A DNA stretch of 64,000 nucleotides, taken from NCBI GenBank assembly GCA_951406725.2, contig OX597815.1, positions 154,938,001 to 155,002,000 of the forward strand. Reading direction: 5' to 3'. The translations under genes and the position numbers were made by a program. The stretch comes from Octopus vulgaris (Eukaryota). The notes beneath the pieces were generated by a model. It was not told where the DNA came from. It ran no database searches and was given only the letters and a program-made list of their open reading frames with translations. Of the stretch, positions 39,301 through 53,005 are shown piece after piece (the first letter of the stretch is position 1; each line of letters starts with the position of its first letter).

Positions 39301-42024
39301 TTCCAGCTTTCGTGAGAACATGCACGGCGAAGGCGTAATATTACTTCGCTTGGAAATAGGTGAAATTTCGAAACTGGTAGAATATCCGGTAGTGTAAAAT
39401 CTGCTTTAACAATTTCCTTTCGATTGGCATATGCTTGGAGAAATTGATGTTAAAACGAGGAGGATGATATAAGAACGAATTTTAAAAAACATTTTGAAAT
39501 TTCATACATTAAAAAGAGAAGGGAGATGTAAGATTTAATGAACTTCTATATGACGGCTGTAACTGTAAAACATATCAATCAACTCTTGTTTACACCAGTC
39601 GGTTTTAAACAAGAAAAGAACACAAAGCGTGATGGCATTTTACAATCCAATAAAGCGATTCGAATAACGCAGCTATATTTATTTGATCACAGGCCTATTC
39701 TGCTAAAAGAGACACCTTGCTATAAACGATACAACATCGATAATAGAAATAATCCATTATTTATAAACAGGTATCTTTGTTGTCTATAGAGTTTAACATG
39801 ATTAGATTTAATACAGGTCACCAAAGTTCAGTGACATCAAGTAGAAAGTTTAATTGGTAGTTTAGGATTTTGTTTGAAAGATTAATGTTAGCACCGAACA
39901 GCGCCAGCAGGCAAAACGTTATTTTTGTTGTGATTATCATCGATATTATTGATAGTAAAAGTGGTTGATTTTGCTGTTGCTTTAGTGGCTTCTTCGTAAC
40001 TTTCTTTCCCCTTCCTTTCTTTTTTGCAATATTTCTTCTGCATTCCCTTCCTTCTTTCTTACCTTTTATCATTCCTTCAATCGTTCCGTCGCGTTTCTTT
40101 AATTCTCAAGTTCTTTCGTTCTCTTTATCTTCTTTCTTTCTTTTTCTTTCTTTCTTTCTTTTGCTTTCTTTGCTTCTCCCTTCCCTCCTTATATGAGACT
40201 AACTCTTTACCTTCATGGCCGTAGCCTTGTTTGCCGATGTGAATATCGTTGATGTTATTGTGAAGACTTTACCAGATTGAAGATTTATGTCTGTAAGGTT
40301 AGGGTCGTGTTATTTCACATATGTAATGTTTAGTACTATGGATTCTTGGGTCACTTTATGTAATGCTGGAACAAATGATGTCCTGTAGCGTACTAAACCC
40401 TACCTCATCACATGTTAATAGGCCAGCCACCATGGTAACCTGTGTGTTATGACTCTTTTTCCATCAACAGACAGACGAATAACAACGAATCTTTAGATTC
40501 GACACTGCTCACTGCAATTCAGTTTCCAGACTCAGCTATGGATCCTATTAATTATCATCGAAACATCTTAACTCCAGCATCATCAAGGTAATTGAGAGAA
40601 CCATAAACAATTACTATCTTCATCGCCTTTAATCTCTCTCCTTCCTCGTAATCATCAGGGCAGTTTTTTAAACCAGACGTTTTTCGCCTTTCAGAATGCT
40701 AGGAAAATAAATGAGTCTTCTGTTAATGTCGCCAGTGTTTTAAAAATGTTACCTTTGTCATCAGCAATTGGACATTACTATCTCCAGCCTTACGACTCAT
40801 AAGGCCAGCTACACGGTTTCCATAGTGTATAAGTTACCGAGATCACAACACTCACAAAACGAGACGACAGTCCTTTGCAGGGTCACTCATTTAGAGCCGA
40901 GTGGACTGATACAACATGAAATTAAGCGTTTTGCTCCTGAAAGAACTCACCGCCCGTTCCGGAAGTCGAAGCAGAAACCTTGCGGTAATGAGTACAACAC
41001 CTTAACCTCTAGGCCACATCCAATATCAAGTCATTAAAATATTCTGAGTTTTTCCAGTTTGGCTTCAGTTTTCTCCGTAATAATTCTTAGATATCAGTTT
41101 ATCAACTCTGGTGTTGCTGAAGTTTCAGATATGTCTCTTATGCTCTTCTCTCTGAATATCAAAAATGTACTTAATTTAAATTCCTGGTTACTGCCACAAA
41201 TGGAAACTATTATCTTTCACTTTCTTCGTAAGAATAACCATTTGCTGTCAAAGTTAGATATTAACGCCAGACTTACACTGCCTCTGAGAAAAGTGCAAGG
41301 CTGACGTAAAAACATTACTCGATAGATACATAACATCACTGCCTACTTCACCAATACAAAAGTACTATTAGTAATTACGTCAATGAAATATTGGTGTACC
41401 AAATTCTACCTACTTATTGATTGAATGAAATGAAAACCAACACTGCTTAGCCTAACAATCTGAATTTATTTCTCTTGGCAAACTTGGCGATTATTTGTAA
41501 ATCTTCATTGGAATCATTGGATTTCATCAGCAAGGACAGATGCCTGACTAGTCGCTAACCTGCGACGAAGCTCATGCAAGATGACCATTGAAATAAGGTT
41601 AATACATTTGGGACTATGCTGCTACAACCATTTTAATGGTTTTAAAAATAAAACTTCGAATAAATGACAAATTTTGAAGTCCCTTATACAAACCAAACTT
41701 CTGTCTACTTACTCTTTCTGCGCTTCTTTTCTGGACTAGGTAGCCCATTGTCCGTCAGTCCTGACCAATTCGTAATTTTTTTCCATTACTCAAGCCATCT
41801 TAGCGTTATATTGTTGCAGTGAACACTAATCGTTCATATTCATATCTACGGTCACGTTAAATTCCATATCCACCTTTTCTTCTTCACATGTCTTTTCCCT
41901 GCTCATGTAAACGTAGAAATATGTCATCTGGACATTAGCTGCATCAACCTCTGTCACGGCAATGAATTTATCTCTAATGGTTCGCTAAATGGTTGATTTA
42001 TGTAACGTATAAATATTTTTTTAA

Positions 42025-42245
42025 GCGCGGTGATCTGGCAGAATCGCTAGAGCATCAGGAAAAATACATTACATGATTGCATTCGCCGTTTTGAAGTTCT
42101 AATTTCAAATCACACCGCGTTCAAATTTGCCTTTCATTTCTCCCGGATCTATAAAATAAAGTCTCAGTTAGGTATCAGGATTGATAGCATCAACGACTTC
42201 TTTTGCATTCCATCGAAAATGCAGGTATTGTGTCTAAATCAGAAA
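42025..42245 (+). mobile_element. Decayed OR-like SINE
   Basis: gcgcggtgatctggcagaatcgctag...ttcaaatcacaccgcgttcaaatttgcctttcat. Confidence 0.6.
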
Positions 42246-43389
42246 GCAAAATATGATATTGTCCATATCGACTATGTGAATTGTTCCTTTAACTCAGTTT
42301 TCCGGGGATCCGTGTCAACGTAGACGTTACAGCATTGAGTGACATATCCATTCAGCTGATTTTACTGAGTGTTACATAAGTTTTTACTGTTAATTTTATT
42401 TGTCTTGTTACCTTCTCATTGCTATTGATTTTCTTCAGAAATTGCTGAATTGCCTAGTTTAGATTCATCGTAATAAAAAATCGCCAATTATTTCTGTTTT
42501 CATTTTTGTAACAAAACCCAACGTCAAATTTCTACTTCTCAATAAATTTGAATAAATAATTGCCTCATTTTGTTTTAACTCTCAGTTGACAAAAAATATA
42601 AATTAGTGGTTATATTTTATCTCTATGACATTTAATTTTATCTATAGTTCTGTATTTCACATGATTTTATGTTGCTGTCATTTTATTGTACTTGGGTGAT
42701 TTCTATTTTATGTATGTTTAAGTTCGTGAATTATATTCACTGAAGTTGTGTTTATTTTGTGAAGGAGTTATCGTAGCGTAAAAATAAAGTGATTCTATAG
42801 TTTCTCTGATTTCACAGATTTCACCTCACAGAGGTCAATAGTGGCCAAGGAGAAAACAAAAACATCAAAAGCTTCATGGTGACAACTCAACTCCCACATC
42901 CTATACATCATTGATTTTGATACCCACGAAAGAAATATTATACTCGCACGCATATGACTCTCTATGTGTTTTTATGCATATATATATATATATACATACA
43001 TGACCATTTGTAGGATTCATTTGAATCAAGATATTCTAATGATAAGGATACCGAGCGATGGTCGATTCCACACATACAGTATACAAACACGCCCACATAT
43101 ACCCATGTATATACGGACATATTGTCATATCCATACCCTTACATATACATGTACATAAACGCACTACTATACACATACATACAGATATATATGTACCATG
43201 AAATTGTGTGTGGGGGGGAGACACAATCACACACATACATATCCATGACAACTCCACTAGAATGGACGAAAGCGCTAATATATAATATATGACATATGAC
43301 ATATGATGTATAAAAACATGTAATATACAAATAAATATCTGTAAATATAAAACCATCCGAATTTCTGAGTACCTCATTTCTTCTACTAT

Positions 43390-43422
<33 letters not shown>

Positions 43423-43424
<2 letters not shown>

Positions 43425-43652
43425 CAAAGTGGAGTTGTAGGGTACCGCACGAGTGGAATCATATACGAAAGAAGGTTTGAAAATGCAATTTTAAAAGATG
43501 TTTATTTACTTTACCGGTTTCACTCTTTGGAAAAAGATTGTCAAAAGTAACATACCAAACTTCTACATGTTACTTTTGACAATCTTTTCCAAAGAGTGAA
43601 ACCGGTAAAGTAAATAAACATATTTTAAAATTGCATTTTCAAACCTTCTTTC

Positions 43653-43658
<6 letters not shown>
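43423..43658 (-). mobile_element. Mini fold-back PLE end (~92-bp arms + 38-nt tail) in (TA)n with U3:A8 hammerhead
   Basis: Arms 43461-43553 / 43567-43658; TTACTT-TTGACAA-TCTTT..AAAGAgt-GAAA-CCGG-TA-AAGTAA at 43570-43613. Confidence 0.85.
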
Positions 43659-43728
<70 letters not shown>

Positions 43729-44084
43729 TTATATATAATATTCATATATTTATATATCCACATACTTACACTCACACAAACACATACACATATATGATGA
43801 CAGCCAGGAAATTTAAACATCGAGATCCTTGTTCAAGCTATTCTTTGTAAAAGAGTGATAAATATAATTGCTGCTGAAAAATATATTATTACATTAGAGC
43901 CTAATAGTATATTCTTTTTTTATACAAAATTTCACATAAAATTACATTAACACGTTTGAGTGTGTGTGTCAGGGCGAGATGCGCCTGTGTATAAAGTATT
44001 GTAATCTACATTTTAAAAATAGGCACGAATTGTACTGGCAAGTACGACACCTCATAAGGCTTTTTTGTGTGCATATAATATATG

Positions 44085-44161
<77 letters not shown>

Positions 44162-44355
44162 ATAAATATATATATACGTACATATGTATATATATATGTG
44201 TGTGTGTGTGTAATATAAGTATATATGTATATATATGTACACACACACATACACACTCACACATGTACACTCACACCACACACATATACATGCACATACA
44301 CACACGCACATACACGCACACACACACACGCACACGCACGCACATACACACAAAC

Positions 44356-44388
<33 letters not shown>

Positions 44389-44391
44389 AGA

Positions 44392-44531
44392 TGGGCTTGA
44401 TTTAGTTTCCTCCACCATATCACCCACAAGTCTCTGGTCGGCCCGTTGGCCAAGGTGCTACGCAGTGGGACCTAACTCAGAACCATGTGGTTGAGAACCA
44501 AACTTCTGACCAGACAGCCAAGCCTGCGCCT
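44392..44531 (-). mobile_element. OK-like SINE 5' fragment
   Basis: ..ccaaggtgctacgcagtgggac..gaaccatgtggttg..cagccaagcctgcgcc. Confidence 0.7.
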
Positions 44532-44669
44532 TATAAATACAGAAATATAGTAATGTTATTACTAATAACAATAATCATCCTTAGGTGGCATTTATAAATA
44601 TTTTAATGCATCGCTACGCACGTTTCTGTAAGTTACATGTTTCTTAAGATCATCATGACCATACTAAGT

Positions 44670-44790
44670 CGGATTAATAAGTATCAGGACTGGTACTATA
44701 AAAACAAAACTATTACACGTACCAATTTGGCATTTAATCTCCTTCAAAGCAGTCCCCTTCGGAACCTACATGGGCTACATTGCTGGCAAT
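44670..44790 (-). mobile_element. Mariner transposase C-terminal remnant
   Basis: Minus strand VGSEGDCFEGD* resembles the mariner C-terminus (GDYFEGD). Confidence 0.4.
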
Positions 44791-46759
44791 ATTCTGCTAC
44801 TTCTGCCTGGTTGAGTGTCTGTCTATAGGTCCATATGCAAATTTCCTCTCGTACCTCCTCTACTCTGCTTCAGTATTCTTCCAGATGAATATCATCACAT
44901 AGTGCAAACATTTTTATGATCACATCCGACGGACGGGGTAACAGGTAACTGATCTCTAAAGCCCCTCTTCCATTACATGCCCGCATTTCTCTATTGTTTT
45001 CTCTTATCATCTCTTTGGTTTCTTTATTCAGCTATCATAGACGAATGTGTGCTCGAATTGCAGAAAAGCAAAAACCGTAGCCATGCTTATCGCGTTAATT
45101 TGGGTCTGATATAGTCACTTATTTCGTTTTTTAATTCCTATCAGCCACTTCAGTCCCAGTCACAATCAGAATGATTCCTGTATAATTGCGTTTAGAATGA
45201 ATAATTATGGTCTGTTTCTTGAGGAAGCTACCGTAAAAGGAATGTTAGAAGTGATATTACCAAAGCCTATGGCAATATATATAATCTTTGTTCATGCACG
45301 TCATTAAATGATTGTGAATAAATTAGCTTTCTAATAGGATTCATTAAATCGTTCATTTCAAGTGTTCTTAATCAGTTAAATTTTATTCTAATGAGTTTTC
45401 ATTCTGCCACTTTAGCAGTGATGCTATTTTTGTTGTCGACGAGTTAAATTATAATTTAAATTCATTTTTGTTTACTTCGCACTTTTATTTTTCTCTCTTC
45501 TACTGGAATTAAAGCGTATCTATCTGACCCGCAGCCTATCAATTCTAATGCTGTCTAATGTTCAGCAACGGTATTCATATTCTTCCTTTTGTACATTGAT
45601 AATTTTGCTATCATTTCTAAACAAACTCATCATATGCAGATAACACCAGTTATCTTTTCGTAGACAACTACATCCATAAGTAACCTAATACTTATGACAA
45701 CGTAAGCGCAACTGCTGTATACAGAAACTTTCCTCTGACGAGAGCAAAGAAATCTGGACCATTTCAAAATTTCAAGGTTCGATTATAACTAACATCAAAG
45801 AAACACATGTACACCATCGAACAGTGTTATAGATAATTTTCTCACATTGACTTATCTGGATCAATAATGGTGCAGCTACATACAAAGGCAAGTCGCAGCA
45901 ACTACGTGAATTCAGGTTCAATCCCACACCCTAGTATCTACTACAGTAATCACTGAGCAGCCAAATTTTTGCGAGAAATTTAGAAGACTGAAACTGTGTG
46001 GAAACATGTCAATAAGATCCTCTTACATCTAGTTATTAAACATAAACTGTTGCGAGATTCGAATACACCACTTTCTCTGTGAGTACTTTCGGTAGAGACG
46101 CAAGTATTAGAGTTAAGACTAACTTTTTGCATGAAAAATTTCCGTTTAAGTACAGGACTTTGGTCTGAGAACAAGTTCTTCCTTCGCTCAATATAATCAT
46201 GGAGTCCCGAGAATTGATCATCAGCCTGGTTCTTCTTCCTCTAATAAAATCACATTTAAAAACAAAAGCGAAAACACTGTATAATTTATTCGATGCATTA
46301 TAAAAAATTTTTTAATATTGCAATTAGTTGCATCTATTGCTTTTATACAGGTATTTTACTAATCGCGGTTCCTCTGAACTGGCATGCCAACCAGATGCAC
46401 TCTTTCACGACCTCTCCTCTTCGCCACGAATCCATATTCCCTGATAATTTTAATAATTTATCTTTCTGAAATTTCCTTCGAGACATTCTTCCGAGAGCCT
46501 TAAACATCTCAAAGATTTCTCCGTGACTATTATTTTTCATTCGTTATGTGTTATTTATATATTTTCTATTTGTAGTAGATATATATATATATATATATAT
46601 CGACAGATATGAGTATTTACTTGTTCTTTTGATATTGTGCGGAAGTGTAATTGAGATGACATTAGATTATTTAAGTACCATATATAATATATGTATATAT
46701 ATCTGTATATATGTGTGTATCTATCTATCTATCTATCTAATTATCTATCTATCTATCTA

Positions 46760-46798
<39 letters not shown>

Positions 46799-46817
46799 CT
46801 AGAAGAGAGAGAAAGAT

Positions 46818-46871
<54 letters not shown>

Positions 46872-46964
46872 CTTGACTGAAGATTGAAGGCTTCGAATGT
46901 CCCATCCGTGTTTTTTGTATCGTCTTCTAAATGTTTTACGTTCTTGTCCCAGTTTGTATTTTTC

Positions 46965-47038
<74 letters not shown>

Positions 47039-47882
47039 AAACAAGTCAAAAATAGAAAATGTTAAAATAATTTTATAGTGAACATTTCAGTACCGGTTTC
47101 GGTCATTTTGAGACCTTTTCAACTGTAACGAATAAATAATTAAATTTAGAAAAATTAGAAGAAAAGTTTTTTTAAAGGAATATTTCTATAGTAGTGTTCA
47201 GATATAAGTGGCATTCTGCCTTTCTCTGACACCCTTGTTTGCACTTGTGTGTTGGAGGTCGTTGTGAGTTCTTGGTAGGGTAGTAGAAGAAGAAGGCTGA
47301 TGGGGAAATGGGGTGGGAAAATCTGGGAGTGCCCTGATGGTCGTATTTTGAATGGTCAGTGGCGGCTAGCAGTCGCAGTTCAATTCAGGAGAATATTTCT
47401 ATTGAAAGGCTTCTTTATGGAGTTTGCGTAGGTGTTATACTAAAACACATTAGTGACAAAGTTAAGGGGTAGAAGGTGGAGAAGTAGTAGAAGAAGAAGA
47501 AGAAGAAGAAGAAGAAGAAGAAGAAGAAGAAGAAGAAGAAGAAGAAGAAGAAGAAGAAGAAGATGACGATGATGATGATGATGATGATGAAGAAGAAGAA
47601 GAAGAAGAAGAAGAAGAAGGTGAAGGAGAAGATGATGATGACGATGATGGTGGTGATGATGATGACGACGATGATGATGATAATGATGATGATGAAGAAG
47701 AAGAGGAAGAAGAAGAAAAAACAGAGAAGGGAGAATATGAATGGGTGAAAGTAGTGAGGTGTTGTATGACTTGAAGTTGGCATGTTATGGAGTATAGCTG
47801 TGACTGGGGCTGATTAGTAATGGATTCTTTGGAATGTAATATCTGTGTGTGTATATTTCTTTTATTCTAAAGTTGAGGTATA

Positions 47883-49082
47883 TTAATTGTTTGTCGTAGA
47901 CCCGTTAAGAAGTGGCCTGTATTTTGTAATAAAGAGAGTTTCTTTACTTATTCGTTGTCTCGAGGTTGTATCGTCCCTAAATTGGTAGAGGGGGAAAATC
48001 CTGAAGTTTGGTGTTTTTTTGTTGGCGCAAGTATCTATGTGTTGGCTAAAAGCTATTTTTCTGTTTTGGGGAATTTTTATCTGGGATCTGTGCAGGACCA
48101 TTCGTTTACGCAAACTATTTTTTGTTTGGCCTATGTACTGCTCTTGACACCCGGAGCAGGTTAGTGAGTATATTAGGTTCTCCGAAGCACATGTGAAGTT
48201 GCTTTTCACTGTAAACCGTTGTCCCTGTTTGAAGGAGAACTCTGATCCCTCAATTAGATAGTCGCATATCCCGCAATTGGGTCTTCCACATTTTTTTACT
48301 GTCGGCTTCTGTGTTGAAGAGTGAATTCGGGCTTGTGTTAGGAGACTTTTCATGGATTTAGGCTGTCTCTTGCTTTTTATGATCGTGTGTGTTTGGAGGA
48401 TTGTGTTCATTCTGTGGTCTTTTTTTAGGAGGGGTATGTTGTGGAGGATGGTGCCGAAGGCTTCGTTATTGAGAGGGTTGTGTGTGGAGATGTATGGTAA
48501 GGCTTTTGGTTGTAAGTTTTTCTTTGATTTGGGATGTCTCAGTTCCTTGATGTTAAGTTGAAGGGCACGTTGAATGCACTTGTCAATAAGTGAAGGTGGA
48601 TAGTTCCTGGTGATAAGGGTATCTTTTAGTTCTTGTAGTCGTGTGTCTCTGGTGTTTGCGTTAGAGACTATAGTGCATATCCTTTTTGCTAGATTGAAGG
48701 GGATATTCATCCTGGTGTGTCTAGGGTGGCATGAATTGAATGGAAGATATTGCTTAGAGTCTGTAGGCTTATAATATATGTCTGTTTCTATTATATTATT
48801 AGCTTTCTTAATGAGGATATCGAGGAAGGGGAGTTGTTGCTGGCTATATTCCAGCGTGAATTGGATGTTTACGTCCAGTCCGTTTAAAATTTCCTGAAAT
48901 TCTATGAGTTTTTCTATATTTTTATGCCAAAGAATGAAACAGTCATTTAGATATCTCTTCCAGTTGTTTTCTATGTAGATGGAGAAAGGGCTGCTATATC
49001 TTTCTAGAACCTTACGATACAGACTGATCTCTAGATATCCTATGACTAGGTTGGCAAAGGAGGGGGCCATTCGTGTACCCAT
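47883..49082 (-). CDS. 5'-truncated PLE RT (C-terminal)-GIY-YIG open frame
   Basis: MGTRMAPSFANL, WKRYLNDCF (YLDD to YLND), LPFLD, YYKPTD, LIYSLTC..YIGQT; 399 aa. Confidence 0.8.
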   Translation of the reverse strand: MGTRMAPSFANLVIGYLEISLYRKVLERYSSPFSIYIENNWKRYLNDCFILWHKNIEKLIEFQEILNGLDVNIQFTLEYSQQQLPFLDILIKKANNIIETDIYYKPTDSKQYLPFNSCHPRHTRMNIPFNLAKRICTIVSNANTRDTRLQELKDTLITRNYPPSLIDKCIQRALQLNIKELRHPKSKKNLQPKALPYISTHNPLNNEAFGTILHNIPLLKKDHRMNTILQTHTIIKSKRQPKSMKSLLTQARIHSSTQKPTVKKCGRPNCGICDYLIEGSEFSFKQGQRFTVKSNFTCASENLIYSLTCSGCQEQYIGQTKNSLRKRMVLHRSQIKIPQNRKIAFSQHIDTCANKKTPNFRIFPLYQFRDDTTSRQRISKETLFITKYRPLLNGSTTNN

Positions 49083-49086
49083 CGCA

Positions 49087-50106
49087 GAATTTCAGGAAAT
49101 TTTAAACGGACTGGACGTAAACATCCAATTCACGCTGGAATATAGCCAGCAACAACTCCCCTTCCTCGATATCCTCATTAAGAAAGCTAATAATATAATA
49201 GAAACAGACATATATTATAAGCCTACAGACTCTAAGCAATATCTTCCATTCAATTCATGCCACCCTAGACACACCAGGATGAATATCCCCTTCAATCTAG
49301 CAAAAAGGATATGCACTATAGTCTCTAACGCAAACACCAGAGACACACGACTACAAGAACTAAAAGATACCCTTATCACCAGGAACTATCCACCTTCACT
49401 TATTGACAAGTGCATTCAACGTGCCCTTCAACTTAACATCAAGGAACTGAGACATCCCAAATCAAAGAAAAACTTACAACCAAAAGCCTTACCATACATC
49501 TCCACACACAACCCTCTCAATAACGAAGCCTTCGGCACCATCCTCCACAACATACCCCTCCTAAAAAAAGACCACAGAATGAACACAATCCTCCAAACAC
49601 ACACGATCATAAAAAGCAAGAGACAGCCTAAATCCATGAAAAGTCTCCTAACACAAGCCCGAATTCACTCTTCAACACAGAAGCCGACAGTAAAAAAATG
49701 TGGAAGACCCAATTGCGGGATATGCGACTATCTAATTGAGGGATCAGAGTTCTCCTTCAAACAGGGACAACGGTTTACAGTGAAAAGCAACTTCACATGT
49801 GCTTCGGAGAACCTAATATACTCACTAACCTGCTCCGGGTGTCAAGAGCAGTACATAGGCCAAACAAAAAATAGTTTGCGTAAACGAATGGTCCTGCACA
49901 GATCCCAGATAAAAATTCCCCAAAACAGAAAAATAGCTTTTAGCCAACACATAGATACTTGCGCCAACAAAAAAACACCAAACTTCAGGATTTTCCCCCT
50001 CTACCAATTTAGGGACGATACAACCTCGAGACAACGAATAAGTAAAGAAACTCTCTTTATTACAAAATACAGGCCACTTCTTAACGGGTCTACGACAAAC
50101 AATTAA
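49087..50106 (+). CDS. Inverted duplicate of PLE RT-thumb/GIY-YIG frame
   Basis: Identical translation to the 47883 ORF from EFQEILNG onward. Confidence 0.75.
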   Translation, partial: EFQEILNGLDVNIQFTLEYSQQQLPFLDILIKKANNIIETDIYYKPTDSKQYLPFNSCHPRHTRMNIPFNLAKRICTIVSNANTRDTRLQELKDTLITRNYPPSLIDKCIQRALQLNIKELRHPKSKKNLQPKALPYISTHNPLNNEAFGTILHNIPLLKKDHRMNTILQTHTIIKSKRQPKSMKSLLTQARIHSSTQKPTVKKCGRPNCGICDYLIEGSEFSFKQGQRFTVKSNFTCASENLIYSLTCSGCQEQYIGQTKNSLRKRMVLHRSQIKIPQNRKIAFSQHIDTCANKKTPNFRIFPLYQFRDDTTSRQRISKETLFITKYRPLLNGSTTNN

Positions 50107-50846
50107 TATACCTCAACTTTAGAATAAAAGAAATATACACACACAGATATTACATTCCAAAGAATCCATTACTAATCAGCCCCAGTCACAGCTATACTCC
50201 ATAACATGCCAACTTCAAGTCATACAACACCTCACTACTTTCACCCATTCATATTCTCCCTTCTCTGTTTTTTCTTCTTCTTCCTCTTCTTCTTCATCAT
50301 CATCATTATCATCATCATCGTCGTCATCATCATCACCACCATCATCGTCATCATCATCTTCTCCTTCACCTTCTTCTTCTTCTTCTTCTTCTTCTTCTTC
50401 TTCTTCATCATCATCATCATCATCATCAACATCGTCATCTTCCTCTTCTTCTTCTTCTTCTTCTTCTTCTTCTTCTTCTTCTTCTACTTCTCCACCTTCT
50501 ACCCCTTAACTTTGTCACTAATGTTTTTTTAGTATAACACCTACGCAAACTCCATAAACAAGCCTTTCAATAGAAATATTCTCCTGAGTTGAACTGCGAC
50601 TGCTAGCCGCCACTGACCATTCAAAATATGACCATCAGGGCACTCCCAGATTTTCCCACCCCCTTTCCTCATCAGCCTTCTTCTTCTACTACCCTACCAA
50701 GAACTCACAACGACCTCCAACACACAAGTGCAAACAAGGGAGTCAGAGAAAGGCATAATGCCACTTATATCTGAACACTACTATAGAAATATTCCTTTAA
50801 AAAAACTTTTCTCCTAATTTTTCTAAATTTAATTATTTAATCGTTA

Positions 50847-50884
50847 CAGTTGAAAAGGTCTCAAAATGACCGAAACAGGTACTG
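50847..50884 (+). ncRNA. Hammerhead motif with U3:A8 core (twin at 47088-47125, minus)
   Basis: CAG-TTGAAAA-GGTC-tcaaaat-GACC-GAAA-C(C/A)GG-TA-CTG. Confidence 0.75.
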
Positions 50885-50971
50885 AAATGTTCATTATAAA
50901 ATTATTTTAGCATTTTCTATTTTTGACTTGTTTTTTCATATATATCAACTCGTGTGTTCCTTTTCACCCTT

Positions 50972-51027
<56 letters not shown>

Positions 51028-51226
51028 TTTCGTACGTGTAGATGTCTATCTATCTACTTTTTCGGTTTGTCTCTCCTTCTATTTGTTTGTTTGTGCATGT
51101 ATGTGTATGTATACATGTATGGGAGCGAAAGGGAAATTATAAATCTGCAAGTGGTTTTTTTCATTCGAAGTTGATGATACACTCCATCACTAACTATTCG
51201 TTCGGGCAAATAATATGTGCGCGTAC

Positions 51227-51274
<48 letters not shown>

Positions 51275-51574
51275 CGTGAATTATATATTGATGTGTGTCC
51301 TTAAAAGAAAACATATAAGGGGAAATATCTTTTAGAATAGCTTCCATTTCAACAACAAGGTGTCTTTGACAGCTAAAGTACTTGTAAGTGTTCATTTCTT
51401 TTGCTATATAATCTTTTTATGCAGTTATACGTAACTTCATTTAGTCCAACACTACTGTCGGTTATTATCAAAATGAAATGGATTGTGCAAGGAACAAAGA
51501 AAATTTATTTCTCTTCCAGTGTTTTATCATATTACCGGAGTTGTCTCTGGAAATGATATCCTTCTACACACTCA

Positions 51575-51630
<56 letters not shown>

Positions 51631-51666
51631 CACTCACACACGTATATATGTATGCATATGTGTGTT

Positions 51667-51703
<37 letters not shown>

Positions 51704-51962
51704 TATACGCACACACACATTGATATATACACCTTCATATATGTGTATGTATGTAATACGTATGTATCCATGTATATGTATGTATCATATATGTATATAT
51801 ATGTGTGTGTATATATAGATATATATGTGTATATTTATATATATATATATGAATATATATATGTATATATATACATATTTAAATACATATGTATATATAT
51901 ACATATGTATTTATATATGTATATATATATATATACATACATACATATATATATATATATAA

Positions 51963-52013
<51 letters not shown>

Positions 52014-52181
52014 TACATTACAAGTTGCAGCTTTTTGAAGTTCTAAGTTTCACGCTACCGATTTAATCAAGCAATTGAAAGGCTTAAGTAGCATGATATG
52101 TAAGTAAAATTATTCGCAACTTGACGGAAATATTATTACTTATCGAATGTCGAGAAGTTGCCGAAACCCTACTTAAAGTGT

Positions 52182-52225
<44 letters not shown>

Positions 52226-52544
52226 ATATATTCAATTTCTTCCATGATTGCTTACTTCTTTTCCACATAACTGTCTCGTAATTGCCGGATCCTAAGGAAA
52301 AGGCTGTGACTATGACCTTCCATGTCTACAGACATCTGTGCCTCTGAAGAGGTGGGCTCTTATTCACCAGTGGAGCCACAGTGGTAAAGTATATTTTTGT
52401 CTATGGGCGCAATGTTCTTGATGTTTAGTGACCTCAGTCACCAGTTCACACCCAAGGTATGTGTGTGTGTGTCTGTTGTCTGTTTTTGTCTCTGTGTGTC
52501 CGTGTGTATGTGTGTATCTCTGTTTCTATGCGTCACCATAACAG

Positions 52545-52830
52545 GCAAGTTCTCTGTTAGCATATGGAATACGCTTCATGGAGTAATTATAACATTTATT
52601 CTCCATTGTTTGGTAGGATGGCATAATCACATGCAAGCTAACGTTAATTCATTCCGTACAAATATCTGGGCATTTGTTGAAGTGCTAAAGAAGGAGAAGT
52701 CATTGACCAGTATTATCACCAGTCAAATACTTACAGGACACGTGCCCCTTAAACGGAAACATTACTAAGATACACTATTCAGAATACCAAACATTGAACA
52801 AGACTTCAAGAATTGCCATGGGTTGAATTA
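52545..52830 (+). mobile_element. Mutator-like (MULE) transposase C-terminal remnant
   Basis: F..SIWN...GWHNHMQ...TNIWAFVEVLKKE..SQILTG resembles the animal MULE 'WN..EGWHN..PNIW.FI..LK.E' pattern. Confidence 0.6.
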
Positions 52831-53005
52831 TATGTGTGCCTGTGTGTATTTATGTTACCAGGACAAGTACCCCTAGATAAATACCTCGTGATAGATTGTT
52901 GATCGTGCCATTTGCGCCCTCACATCTGGGGAGTTGCCCAAATCAAAAGAAAGTACAATTTTTGTTGTGTAAATAATTAACAACAGTATTTTTTGTATAC
53001 TGAAA

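Larger units (their letters stand above)
47035..50975. mobile_element. Young fold-back Penelope-like element: ~1.87-kb near-identical inverted arms
   Basis: Arms 47035-48903 / 49086-50937, ~182-nt loop, ~30-nt tail, (TA)n flanks; both arms encode the RT thumb, CxxxxCxxC linker and GIY-YIG. Confidence 0.95.

Noticed and set aside
46871-46968. CTGAAGA-containing 100-bp insert between (TA)n
   Set aside because: No GAAA/stem III; at most a PLE tail remnant
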